From: an uncultured Gemmatimonadales bacterium
Lineage (GTDB): Bacteria; Gemmatimonadota; Gemmatimonadetes; Gemmatimonadales; GWC2-71-9
DNA length: 64,000 nucleotides
Direction: 5' to 3'
Assembly (NCBI GenBank): GCA_963825055.1
Contig: CAWGSK010000007.1
Span: 32,001 to 96,000 of the forward strand
Numbering within the stretch: position 1 is the stretch's first letter; the number at the start of each line of letters is the position of its first letter. Below the pieces are notes generated by a model, which searched no databases, was not told the DNA's origin, and worked only from the letters and a program-made list of their open reading frames with translations. Below, piece by piece: positions 9,488 through 18,568 of this stretch. A program made the translations under genes and the position numbers.

Positions 9488-10231
9488 GTGAAAATCGCGG
9501 TGTGTCTGAAACGTGTTCCGGACACCACGGCCAAGATCACGGTCGCGGGGGACGGGAAATCCATTGACGAGAGCGGCGTGAAGTTCGTGCCGAATCCCTA
9601 CGATGAATACGCCGTGGAGGAAGCGCTCAAACTGCGGGGTGACGACGGGGAGGCCGTCGTGATCGCGCTGGGTAGCTCCGCTTCCCAGGAGACGATCCGG
9701 ACGGCCCTGGCCATGGGTGTCGATCGTGGCGTGCTCCTGGAAGCGACGGGCTCGGCGGACGGGCTGGAAGTTGCGCGCGCACTGGCGGCCGAACTGAAGG
9801 ACGGGGGGTATGATCTCATCCTCTTCGGCAAGATGGCCGTGGACGACTACAACCATCAGGTCGGCCCGATGACGGCCGAGTTGCTTGACCTGCCCTGCAT
9901 CACGACCGTCGCACACCTCAAGGTCGAGGGTGGATCGGTTGAAGCCGAACGCGAGATCGAAGGCGGCATGGAGGTGGTGACCTGCAGCCTGCCCGCCGTG
10001 CTCACCTGCGACAAGGGCCTCAACAACCCCCGCCTGCCTTCGCTCAAGGGAATCATGGCAGCCAAGAAGAAGCCCCTCGAGACGAAGCCTGCTTCGCTCG
10101 GCGAGGGCACCATCGAGGTGCTGTCGCTCGCGCCGCCCCCGGCCCGGCCGGAGGGCAGGATCGTGGGCGAGGGGGCCGACGCGGTGCCCGCGCTGGTGGC
10201 GCTCCTCAAGACGGAAGCGAAGGTGCTCTGA
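9488..10231 (+). CDS. etfB: Electron transfer flavoprotein beta subunit
   Basis: KIAVCLKRVPD, NPYDEYAVEEAL, ALAMG, PRLPSLKGIMAAKKK. Confidence 0.95.
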   Translation: MKIAVCLKRVPDTTAKITVAGDGKSIDESGVKFVPNPYDEYAVEEALKLRGDDGEAVVIALGSSASQETIRTALAMGVDRGVLLEATGSADGLEVARALAAELKDGGYDLILFGKMAVDDYNHQVGPMTAELLDLPCITTVAHLKVEGGSVEAEREIEGGMEVVTCSLPAVLTCDKGLNNPRLPSLKGIMAAKKKPLETKPASLGEGTIEVLSLAPPPARPEGRIVGEGADAVPALVALLKTEAKVL

Positions 10232-11202
10232 TGGCGCGGATACTCGCAGTGACCGAACAGCGCGACGGAGCCCTCCGGAAGGTGTCGCAGGAAGTCGTGA
10301 CCGCAGCCCGCGAGCTGGCCGACGCCATGAGCGGCACGGTGGACGCGCTGGTGCTGGGTGCCGGCGACCTCCAGGGGGCGGCGGACCTGGCCCAGTACGG
10401 GGCGGACAACATCCTGGCCGCCAGTCACGACGACTTCGGCCTGTACAACCCCGACGGCTATGCGGCGACGATCGCGGCCGCCGCCCGGGGGGCGGACGCG
10501 GTCGTGTTCGCGGCCACGGCTACCGGCCGTGACCTTGCTCCCCGCGTGGCGGCCCGGCTCGGCGTGGGTCTCGCAACCGACGTCACGGCCCTCGCAGTGG
10601 ACGACGGGAAGGTGGTGGCGACCCGCCCGGTGTATGCCGGGAAGGTCATCCAGAAGGTCAGGCTCACGGGGTCCCCGGCAGTGGTGTCGGTCCGGCCCAA
10701 CACCTTCCAGCCGGTGAAGAACGAGAAAGCCGGGGCGGCGGGGACGGTGGACGTGCCGTCCTTCCAGGCCCGCGTGAAGGTGAAGGAAGTGAAGGCTCCG
10801 GCCGGTGCGGCGCTGGACGTGACGGAGGCCTCGATCGTGGTGTCCGGCGGACGCGGGCTCCGCGAACCCGGGAACTTCAAGCTGATCGAGGACCTGGCCG
10901 CGGCGTTCGGAGGCGCAGCGGTCGGTGCGAGCCGCGCGGTGGTGGATGCCGGATGGCGCGATCACGGCGAGCAGGTGGGACAGACCGGCAAGACGGTGAG
11001 CCCGAACCTGTATGTCGCCGTGGGGATCAGCGGCGCCATCCAGCACCTCGCCGGCATGCGTACGGCCAAGACCATCGTCGCGATCAACAAGGACAAGGAT
11101 GCCCCGATCTTCAAGGTCGCCGACTACGGGATTGTCGGAGACCTGTTCGAGGTTGTCCCGAAGCTGACGGAGGCCGTGAAGAAGGCGCGGGCGGAGGGCT
11201 GA
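10231..11202 (+). CDS. etfA: Electron transfer flavoprotein alpha subunit
   Basis: [42 protein letters not shown]. Confidence 0.95.
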   Translation: MARILAVTEQRDGALRKVSQEVVTAARELADAMSGTVDALVLGAGDLQGAADLAQYGADNILAASHDDFGLYNPDGYAATIAAAARGADAVVFAATATGRDLAPRVAARLGVGLATDVTALAVDDGKVVATRPVYAGKVIQKVRLTGSPAVVSVRPNTFQPVKNEKAGAAGTVDVPSFQARVKVKEVKAPAGAALDVTEASIVVSGGRGLREPGNFKLIEDLAAAFGGAAVGASRAVVDAGWRDHGEQVGQTGKTVSPNLYVAVGISGAIQHLAGMRTAKTIVAINKDKDAPIFKVADYGIVGDLFEVVPKLTEAVKKARAEG

Positions 11203-11222
11203 GCTTCGGCACCAGACCAGAA

Positions 11223-11301
11223 GCAAGTGGCAAGTGGCAGGGAGCGAGTAGCGGGTCGGAGGTTGCCGGTCGTTTCGACCTTCAACCTTCGACCTTCGAC
11301 T
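11223..11301. repeat. Degenerate heptamer arrays: GCAAGTG-like, then GGTCGRA-like inverted against (TTCRACY)x4
   Basis: GCAAGTG GCAAGTG GCAGGGA GCGAGTA from 11223. TTCGACC TTCAACC TTCGACC TTCGACT at 11274-11301, complementary to GGTCGGAGGTTG just upstream. Confidence 0.75.
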
Positions 11302-11333
11302 TTCAATACTCGTCCGTCTCCAGGAGTTCGCTG

Positions 11334-12203
11334 ATGCCCGCATGGCTGGATGAGGCTGTTGCCGAAGACGTTGCCCGAATGGCCCGGCTCGCCCTGGCTG
11401 AGGACGGTGAGCGTGACCTGAGTTCGATGGTGAGCGTGCCTGCAGGGCTGGAGGCGACGGGACGGGTCGAGGTACGCGAGCCGCTCGTACTGGCGGGGCT
11501 GGCCTGGGCCCTTGGCGTGGCGTCGGAGGGTGGCTGCGCGGTGGACTGGGAGGCCGGGGATGCCGACCGTCTTGCGGCCGGAAGTATCGCAGGACGGGTG
11601 AGAGGCCCGCTCGATCGCATTCTCCGGGTCGAACGGCCCCTGCTGAACCTGCTGCAGCGTGCGTCGGGCATCGCCACCGCGACCCGGGCCTATGTGGATG
11701 CCGTCGCGGGGACGCCGGCCCGCATTCTTCATACCCGCAAGACGGCCCCCGGGCTCCGGCTCCTGGACATCGCAGCCACCCTGGCGGGCGGCGCGGTGCT
11801 GCACCGGGTCGGGCTCGACCGCACCGTGATGCTCAAGGACAATCACTGGGCGGCGCTCCGGCAGTCTGGCGGCACGCTCGTCGACGCTGTGGCGGAGGCC
11901 CGGCGGCTCGGGGCGGAATCGGTGCAGGTGGAGGTGGAGGAGCTGGGGCAGGTCGAGGAGGCCTGCCAGGCCGGCGCGGATCGGCTGCTGGTGGACAACC
12001 AGACCCCCGCCGTCCTGTTGGAGTGGTCCGTCCTTGCCCGCTCGCTCCGGCCGGGGATCGAAATCGAGGCGACCGGCGGCATCACCCTGGAGAACGTGCG
12101 GGCCCACGCGGAGGCGGGGCCGGATTACATCTCGATTGGGGCCCTGACGCATAGTGTCCGGGCGGCGGATCTGGGTCTGGAGATAGAACAGGGCGGACGG
12201 TAA
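11334..12203 (+). CDS. nadC: Nicotinate-nucleotide diphosphorylase (carboxylating)
   Basis: ERPLLNLLQRASGIAT, TRKTAPGLR, LKDNH, EATGGITL, ISIGALTHS. ATG 11334 follows AGGAG. Confidence 0.9.
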   Translation: MPAWLDEAVAEDVARMARLALAEDGERDLSSMVSVPAGLEATGRVEVREPLVLAGLAWALGVASEGGCAVDWEAGDADRLAAGSIAGRVRGPLDRILRVERPLLNLLQRASGIATATRAYVDAVAGTPARILHTRKTAPGLRLLDIAATLAGGAVLHRVGLDRTVMLKDNHWAALRQSGGTLVDAVAEARRLGAESVQVEVEELGQVEEACQAGADRLLVDNQTPAVLLEWSVLARSLRPGIEIEATGGITLENVRAHAEAGPDYISIGALTHSVRAADLGLEIEQGGR

Positions 12204-12234
12204 CAGGCGGGCAGGCGGACAGGCGGACAGGCTG
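12203..12234. repeat. Octamer tandem array (RCAGGCKG)x4
   Basis: ACAGGCGG GCAGGCGG ACAGGCGG ACAGGCTG starting at the nadC stop. Confidence 0.85.
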
Positions 12235-12249
12235 ATGGTGAGACAGTCG

Positions 12250-12369
12250 TGTCATTCCGAGCGTCCAGCGAGGAATCTTCTGGCTCGGGATCGAGCGCCT
12301 TTGCAAGCCCCCGCCGTTCGATCGGCGGCTGACGAGATTCCTCGGGCCTTGACGGCCCTCAGAATGACA
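12250..12369. repeat. REP/REPIN-like inverted dimer (TGTCATTC...GAGGAATCT arms)
   Basis: Left arm TGTCATTCCGAG..CGAGGAATCT (12250-12278) and right arm AGATTCCTCG..CTCAGAATGACA (12335-12369) are inverted copies. Confidence 0.8.
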
Positions 12370-12380
12370 GAATCGTGGAG

Positions 12381-12422
12381 CGACTCCCGACTCCCGACTC
12401 CCGACTCCCGACTCCCGACTCC
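12381..12422. repeat. Heptamer tandem array (CGACTCC)x6
   Basis: Six perfect copies abutting the AGCS stop codon. Confidence 0.95.
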
Positions 12423-12425
12423 CGG

Positions 12426-14033
12426 CTACTTATACCGCTTCAACTCACCCCGCTTCAGCTTGCCCCAGTATTCATCCAGGTCCCGCCGCACCTTGCCGCT
12501 CAACAGGACCACGCCGAGCATGTTCGGGAAGGCCATGCCGAGGATCATCAGGTCACCGAAGTTGAGCACGTTGGTGGCTGAGACGATCGAGCCGAGGAAG
12601 GTGAAGATGACGAAGCCGACCTGGTAGATCCGCGTCTTCCCGTCGCCCACGAGGTACGACCAGCAGCGCTCTCCGTAGTAGCTCCAGGAGATCATCGTGG
12701 AGTAGGCAAACAGCATCACCGCGGCGGACAGGATGTAGGGGAACCAGGTCAGGTGCTCGCCCATGGCCCGGCTGGTGAGCGCGGCGCCCTGGCTTGTCGC
12801 GCGGATCGACTCGTAGTCCGGATTGTTGTAGGCGCCGGTGATCACGATGACGAGCGCGGTCATGGTGCAGACTATGACGGTGTCGATGAACGGTTCGAGC
12901 AGCGCCACGATGCCCTCGCGGACAGCGTAGGGCGTCCGAGCCGCCGAGTGGGCGATTGCCGCCGATCCCGCCCCGGCCTCGTTGGAGAACGCGGCGCGCT
13001 GGAAGCCGGTCACCAGGACACCGATGAAGCCGCCGTATCCCGCCGCAGGCGTGAAGGCGCCGGAGAGGATGGCGCTGAAGGCGGCCGGGATATGCTGGGC
13101 GTTGTCAAAGAGGATGAAGAGCGCGGCCGCGACGTATACGATGCACATGATCGGCACGATCTTGTCGGCGACCGAGGCGATCCGGCGGATACCGCCGATG
13201 ATCACGATGCCGACCATGACCATCATGATGAGGCCGTAGAGCCATGGCATCGAACCCAGCCCGGGGATGGTCTCGGTCAGGGCATTCAGGGACTGGTTGA
13301 CCTGGAACATGTTCCCGCCGCCGATGGATCCGCCGATGCAGAGGATCGCGAACAGCACCGCCAGCACCTTTCCGAACCTCGGGATGCCGAGTTCTCCGAG
13401 GCCCTTGGAGAGATAGAACATCCCGCCGCCCATGACGTGCCCATCGGAGCGGACTTCGCGGTACTTCTGGCCCAGTGTGCACTCGGCAAACTTGGACGAC
13501 ATGCCGAGCAGGCCCGCGACGATCATCCAGAACGTGGCGCCTGGCCCGCCGATGCTGATGGCGATGGCCACGCCCGCGATGTTCCCGAGGCCCACGGTGG
13601 CGGAGAGCGCCGTGGTCAGCGCCTGGAAGTGGCTCACCTCCCCGGCGTCGTCCGGGTTGCTGTAGGCACCCCGCGTCACGTTGATGGCGTGCTTGAACCC
13701 GCGGATGTTGATGAATCCCATCCGGATGGTGAAGTAGGTGGCGCCCACGACCAGCCAGAGCACGACCAGCGGGAGGGTATGCGCCTGGTCGAACCAGAGC
13801 ACGTCCGCAAAGAACACCGCACTGATCGCACTGTTCACGACCCCCACGACGCCGTCTACCCTGTCCATCAGCGAGCTGCCGACGACATCGGTCGAGGGAG
13901 CGGCCTCCACGCCGACGCTGTCGCCGGTCTGGAGGCCCTGGGCGGCCGCAAGGGCCGGAGCAGGGGCGACCAGGGCGGTCACGATCAGGATGATGGACGC
14001 GATCAGGGCACGGAATCGGGGCATCGGCTGCAC
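12426..14033 (-). CDS. Alanine/glycine:cation symporter (AGCS)
   Basis: SHFQALTTALSATVGLGNIAGVA, GGPGATFWM, FSNEAGAGSA, EPFIDT, WSYYGE. Alternative start ATG 14024. Confidence 0.93.
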   Translation of the reverse strand: MQPMPRFRALIASIILIVTALVAPAPALAAAQGLQTGDSVGVEAAPSTDVVGSSLMDRVDGVVGVVNSAISAVFFADVLWFDQAHTLPLVVLWLVVGATYFTIRMGFINIRGFKHAINVTRGAYSNPDDAGEVSHFQALTTALSATVGLGNIAGVAIAISIGGPGATFWMIVAGLLGMSSKFAECTLGQKYREVRSDGHVMGGGMFYLSKGLGELGIPRFGKVLAVLFAILCIGGSIGGGNMFQVNQSLNALTETIPGLGSMPWLYGLIMMVMVGIVIIGGIRRIASVADKIVPIMCIVYVAAALFILFDNAQHIPAAFSAILSGAFTPAAGYGGFIGVLVTGFQRAAFSNEAGAGSAAIAHSAARTPYAVREGIVALLEPFIDTVIVCTMTALVIVITGAYNNPDYESIRATSQGAALTSRAMGEHLTWFPYILSAAVMLFAYSTMISWSYYGERCWSYLVGDGKTRIYQVGFVIFTFLGSIVSATNVLNFGDLMILGMAFPNMLGVVLLSGKVRRDLDEYWGKLKRGELKRYK

Positions 14034-14318
14034 TCAAGTCAGGGGTTGGCGCGCAAGGCACCGCCTTGGCCGTGGAGGCCGGCAGGTGCGAGCGGGTCGG
14101 ATGATACCGTTGAACGGGCCGGGATGGCCGGTGGTGCACGGGGGCGGCCATGGATGCGGCCGCAGAACTGCCCGCCAATGTGGGACTTTCCTGCCGGAGT
14201 GGCAAGGGGCGTCATGCCGTCTCGTCAAAGTGAAACATCCCGGGGGTGGGGGGCCGCCGCGAACGTCCTATATTGGAGCACCTGATTTCCCCACGCCAGA
14301 TTCCAGGAGCCCGCGCCC

Positions 14319-15974
14319 GTGGCACCGATCGTCCCGCTCCGCTACCAGCCGAAGTTACCGCTCGACCGCCTGATCCTGACCGGGGAACCCGGCGCCGAAG
14401 CCCTTGAGATGGACGTGCTCTTCGTGGGGGCGGGGCCCGCCGGTCTGGCCGGGGCCATCGAACTGGCCCGGCTGGTTCGCCGGGACCAGGAGGCAGGAGG
14501 CAGCCTGGGCGAGGTGAGCATCGGCGTCCTGGAGAAGGCCGGTGCGCTTGGCGAGCACAATCTTTCCGGGGCCGTGATCAATCCCCGGAGCCTCCGGGAA
14601 CTCTTTCCTGACCTGTCCGACGGTGATTTCCCCTTCCGCCGGGCAGTGGAGCACGAGTCGGTCTACTACCTGACGCCGACGCGGGCCATGAAGATTCCCG
14701 TGCCCCCAACCATGCACAACGCGGGGAACTACACTGCCAGCATCTGCGAGCTGGTTCGCTGGATGGGCGAGCAGGCCGAGGGGCTGGGCGTGGACATCTT
14801 CCCGGGGTTCCCCGCCGACGCCCTTTTCACCGAGGGGACCCTGGTGCGCGGCGTCAGGACCACGCCTTCAGGACTGGACCGCCAGGGGAAACCGACCGAC
14901 GGCTACGCCGAGCCCACCGACATCACCGCGAAGATCACGGTCCTGTCCGAGGGCACCCGTGGCGCGCTCACCCAGGCCTGGCAGCAGTGGCAGGGCATCA
15001 CCTCGCCGAATCCCCAGATCTACGCGCTGGGGGTGAAAGAGCTGTGGGAGACGAGGCAGCCGCTCGATCGCATCATCCACACGCTGGGATGGCCGCTTCC
15101 GTCCAGCGCGTTCGGCGGGAGCTGGGCGTATCCCCTGGCCGACAACCTGGTGTCACTCGGCCTCGTGGTCGGGCTGGACTACGACAATGCCAACCTCGAT
15201 GTGCATGTGCTCCTGCAGCGGATGAAGTCGCACCCGCTCTTCCGGGACCTGCTCGGGGGTGGCCAACTGGTGGAATGGGGCGCCAAGACGATCCCCGAGG
15301 GTGGCCTGCATTCGTTCGCCGCGCGCCGCAGCGGTGACGGTATCATGGTCATCGGTGACTCGGCCGGCTACGTGGACGTCCCCTCACTCAAGGGGATCCA
15401 CTACGCGATCCAGTCCGGTATTTATGCCGGGCGGACCGCCTTCGAGGCGCTCAGGAAGCAGGACACTTCGGCCGCCACGCTGGCCGCCTGCGACCGCCTC
15501 GTGGCCGACAGTTACATCGTGGAGGACCTCGACCGCACCCGCAACATGCGACTCGCGTTCAAGAGCGGATTCGTCATGGGTGGCATGAAGGCCGGGCTCA
15601 TGACCCTCACGGGCGGCCGGTTTCCGGGCGCGCAGGTCCACGTCGAGGAGGACGCAGCGGAGCCACGGCACCAGGGGCCCGCGGAGCCGTTCGTCCCGGA
15701 TAACACCCTCACCTTCAGCAAGGTGGATGCGGTGTTCAAGTCAGGCAATGCCACGCGTGACACCATTCCTGTGCACCTCGTCGTGGGGGCGGACGTCCCT
15801 CCCGAAGTAGCCGAGTTCTACAGCCACGTATGTCCGGCGGGAGTCTACGAGCGTGACGGCGACCGCCTGGCGGTCAACGCCCCGAACTGCGTCGACTGCA
15901 AGGCGACCGATGTCCTGGGACCCCGCTGGCTTCCGCGCGAGGGCGGCAGCGGGCCCAAGTACCGCACCATGTAA
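14319..15974 (+). CDS. Electron transfer flavoprotein-quinone oxidoreductase
   Basis: GAGPAG FAD motif, HNLSGA, GVKELW, GAKTIPEGG, KGIHYA, C-terminal CPAGVYE...NCVDCK...EGGSGPKY. Confidence 0.9.
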   Translation: MAPIVPLRYQPKLPLDRLILTGEPGAEALEMDVLFVGAGPAGLAGAIELARLVRRDQEAGGSLGEVSIGVLEKAGALGEHNLSGAVINPRSLRELFPDLSDGDFPFRRAVEHESVYYLTPTRAMKIPVPPTMHNAGNYTASICELVRWMGEQAEGLGVDIFPGFPADALFTEGTLVRGVRTTPSGLDRQGKPTDGYAEPTDITAKITVLSEGTRGALTQAWQQWQGITSPNPQIYALGVKELWETRQPLDRIIHTLGWPLPSSAFGGSWAYPLADNLVSLGLVVGLDYDNANLDVHVLLQRMKSHPLFRDLLGGGQLVEWGAKTIPEGGLHSFAARRSGDGIMVIGDSAGYVDVPSLKGIHYAIQSGIYAGRTAFEALRKQDTSAATLAACDRLVADSYIVEDLDRTRNMRLAFKSGFVMGGMKAGLMTLTGGRFPGAQVHVEEDAAEPRHQGPAEPFVPDNTLTFSKVDAVFKSGNATRDTIPVHLVVGADVPPEVAEFYSHVCPAGVYERDGDRLAVNAPNCVDCKATDVLGPRWLPREGGSGPKYRTM

Positions 15975-16001
15975 CCAGGGCCGCCCTGACGGCGAGGTGA
16001 G

Positions 16002-17195
16002 ATGGACGACAGCCAGATCCCCGTGATGGACATGCCGGTGGCATTCGGGGGCCGGGACCCGCTGCTGCTGGGCGCGGGGGCCGACGGCGAGCTCCTCGTC
16101 GCCCGCATCCGCGTGTTCATCACGGCCGTCCTGCTGCTCGTCCCGATCGCCACCGCGGGCCAGTCCACCCCCGAGGAGACAATGGTCGGGGTGGGGATCA
16201 CGCTGACGGCCCTCCTCCTCGCCATCGCGGTCTTCCTTCTCGTCCGTCGCGACTTCTACCGTCCCTGGCTCGGCCTGCTCACGAGCACGTTCGACGTCAC
16301 GTTCGTGAGCGTCGCGCTGGTCGTCTTCCTGTACATTGGCCAACCGCACATCGCGGTCAACAGCAAGGTCATTTTCGAGGTCTATTTCCTTGCCATAGGC
16401 GCCGCGAGCCTCCGGTATGACGTGCGGACCTGCCTGACCGCGGGTCTCCTCGCCGTGGTCCAGTATGGGCTGATCGTGGGCTGGGCCAGTTCGCACTGGG
16501 ACCTGAACCACCCATCCTTCGCCCCGTTCCGCTATGGCATGTTCAACTGGGGAGACCAGTTCTCCCGGCTGATCCTCCTGGTCACGGCGACGGTCCTGAG
16601 CACGGCGCTGGTATTGCGCGCGCGGCGCCTCCTCCTGCTGAGCACCCACGACCGCCTCACCGGGCTGGTGAACCGCGGCTTCTTCGACGACCGCCTCCGG
16701 ATCGAGGTCAGCCGCGCCCGTCGGTACAGTCGGCCGCTTGCGGTGGCCATGGTCGACGTGGACCACTTCAAGCGCTTCAATGACTCCATGGGACACGCCG
16801 CCGGCGACGCCGCCCTCAGGGCCATCGCCGCATGCATGCAGGTATCCTTCCGCCAGAGCGATATCGTGGCCCGGTACGGCGGGGAGGAATTCGTGGTGGT
16901 GATGCCGGAAACGTCGCTCGAGGAAGGCGTGGAGAAAATGGAGGAGGTGCGGCTCGCCGTTGCCAACCTGGGCGTCCCGGTACCGCGGCGCGACTACGAT
17001 GCCCGGCTCACGGTGAGCGCGGGCGTGGCCGGCATGCCCGACGACGGGGAGCAGGGGGATGCCCTGCTCGACGCCGCCGATCGCCGCCTGTTCCATGCGA
17101 AGCAGTCGGGCCGGAACCAGGTGCGTGGCGCATCGGCCGGGCGGGACACACCGACGCCTCCCGGGCCCGGGGCCGGCGCGTCCGCACTGAGTTAG
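16002..17195 (+). CDS. Membrane-bound diguanylate cyclase
   Basis: Several TM helices, then DRLTGLVNR, DVDHFKRFND, RQSD I-site and RYGGEEF. Confidence 0.9.
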   Translation: MDDSQIPVMDMPVAFGGRDPLLLGAGADGELLVARIRVFITAVLLLVPIATAGQSTPEETMVGVGITLTALLLAIAVFLLVRRDFYRPWLGLLTSTFDVTFVSVALVVFLYIGQPHIAVNSKVIFEVYFLAIGAASLRYDVRTCLTAGLLAVVQYGLIVGWASSHWDLNHPSFAPFRYGMFNWGDQFSRLILLVTATVLSTALVLRARRLLLLSTHDRLTGLVNRGFFDDRLRIEVSRARRYSRPLAVAMVDVDHFKRFNDSMGHAAGDAALRAIAACMQVSFRQSDIVARYGGEEFVVVMPETSLEEGVEKMEEVRLAVANLGVPVPRRDYDARLTVSAGVAGMPDDGEQGDALLDAADRRLFHAKQSGRNQVRGASAGRDTPTPPGPGAGASALS

Positions 17196-17617
17196 GGCCG
17201 CGCCTCGAATTCCGCCAGCACTCCGGGCACGCCGATGAGACGGAGCCGGCCATCCTCGAGCCGGAACTCGCGGGTGTCATCCAGCGCTGCCAGGTACCGC
17301 TGCTCGAGGTCCATGCCGTCGTCGCACGCCATCCTCGTGGTGTAGACCTGGACGAAGCGGAGGTCGCTGCCGTCCATGGTGTATCGCCCTCCGATCCGGT
17401 TGCACCCCGCGAAGCCGCTCACATGCATGTCGTCAGAGGAGAGCTCGAGGGTCGCGAACCGGCCTCCGGCCCCGAGGCCGGCGGGGATCCGGTTGAGCGT
17501 GACGAGCCGCCATTCCGTGTTGAGAAGGGCCGTGGCGGTGCCCGGAGCGGGCGGCGGTCCCGGATTCCTGCCACAGCCCAGCGCCAGGACGAAGAAGACG
17601 GTGCAGAAGCGTTGCAA
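17192..17617 (-). CDS. META domain (HslJ-like) lipoprotein
   Basis: LALG-C lipobox, WRLVTL, SGFAGCN, TTRMAC, EQRYLAAL. Confidence 0.85.
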   Translation of the reverse strand: MQRFCTVFFVLALGCGRNPGPPPAPGTATALLNTEWRLVTLNRIPAGLGAGGRFATLELSSDDMHVSGFAGCNRIGGRYTMDGSDLRFVQVYTTRMACDDGMDLEQRYLAALDDTREFRLEDGRLRLIGVPGVLAEFEARP

Positions 17618-17711
17618 TCGAGACTCCGCTGAACGGGTTGGACACCGGACCGGGGGCGGGCTCGCTCGAATCCATCACGCCCGCGCAGGTGTCAGGAGGC
17701 CGTGATGCTCC

Positions 17712-18107
17712 TCACTCCGCCACGTCCGCGGCCAGCCAGCTACGGGCTGCGGCGAGGTCAGTGAAAATCTGGCTCTGGACGCTGATCCGGTCCTGGGAGA
17801 TGTTCTCCCACATGCGGCCACGTCCGAAATCGGCCTCGTCCTTCATGAGGATGGCGCAGCGTCCAGGGCCGATCTGGTCATCCTGGTCCCGATGCGTCCG
17901 GCTGGCGGCCGACATGGTCTCGAAGCCGACATCATGGAAGTCCAGGGCGCGGTGGTCGAAGAGGGTGGCCATGCCCGGCCGCCAGAACTCCCTTGCGAGG
18001 ATCTCTTCCGTCATCGCGGCGTGGTCCCGGAGGTTGAAACGGCCGCTCGTCCGGATCACGACGAGCTCGCGGTCCCGCTCGAATTCGATAGTCCAGTGCA
18101 TCTGCAT
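17712..18107 (-). CDS. Hypothetical protein (SpoIIAA/STAS-SEC14-like)
   Basis: GGGGAGG precedes ATG 18107. LFDHR and C-terminal IFTDLAAARSWL pattern. Confidence 0.6.
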   Translation of the reverse strand: MQMHWTIEFERDRELVVIRTSGRFNLRDHAAMTEEILAREFWRPGMATLFDHRALDFHDVGFETMSAASRTHRDQDDQIGPGRCAILMKDEADFGRGRMWENISQDRISVQSQIFTDLAAARSWLAADVAE

Positions 18108-18148
18108 GCGCACCTCCCCGACCCCATAAATGCGACAGGAGCCCACGC

Positions 18149-18568
18149 ATGTCCAGCCATACCGCCTATCTCTGGTTCAACACGACAGAGCGCCAGGAGA
18201 TCATCGACATCACGGACCAGGTTGCCGCGGCGGTGGACGAGAGCGGGATCCGGGAGGGGTTCATCCTGGTATCCGCCATGCACATCTCCGCCTCCGTCTT
18301 CGTGAACGACCACGAATCGGGGCTCTGGCACGACATCCTGGCCTGGCTCGAGGGCACTGTCGCGCCGTGGGATCCGGAGCGTTATCGGCACAACCTGACC
18401 GGTGAGGACAATGCCGCGGCACACCTGAGGAGCCTGACGGTGGGGCACGAGGTGATCGTACCGGTGACCGAGGGCCGGCTCGACCTCGGCCCGTGGCAGC
18501 GGGTGTTCTACGGTGAGTGGGACGGCCAGCGCCGCAAGCGCGTAGTCCTCAAGGTGCTGGGGGAGTAG
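18149..18568 (+). CDS. yjbQ: YjbQ/UPF0047 family protein
   Basis: IDIT, HISAS, EDNAAAHL, LDLGPWQRVFYGEWDG. Confidence 0.9.
   Translation: MSSHTAYLWFNTTERQEIIDITDQVAAAVDESGIREGFILVSAMHISASVFVNDHESGLWHDILAWLEGTVAPWDPERYRHNLTGEDNAAAHLRSLTVGHEVIVPVTEGRLDLGPWQRVFYGEWDGQRRKRVVLKVLGE

Noticed and set aside
14034..14318. Glycine riboswitch upstream of the AGCS symporter
   Set aside because: I could not find the GGAGA/CCGAAG/CTCTCAGG elements on the minus strand; only generic GC hairpins are present.
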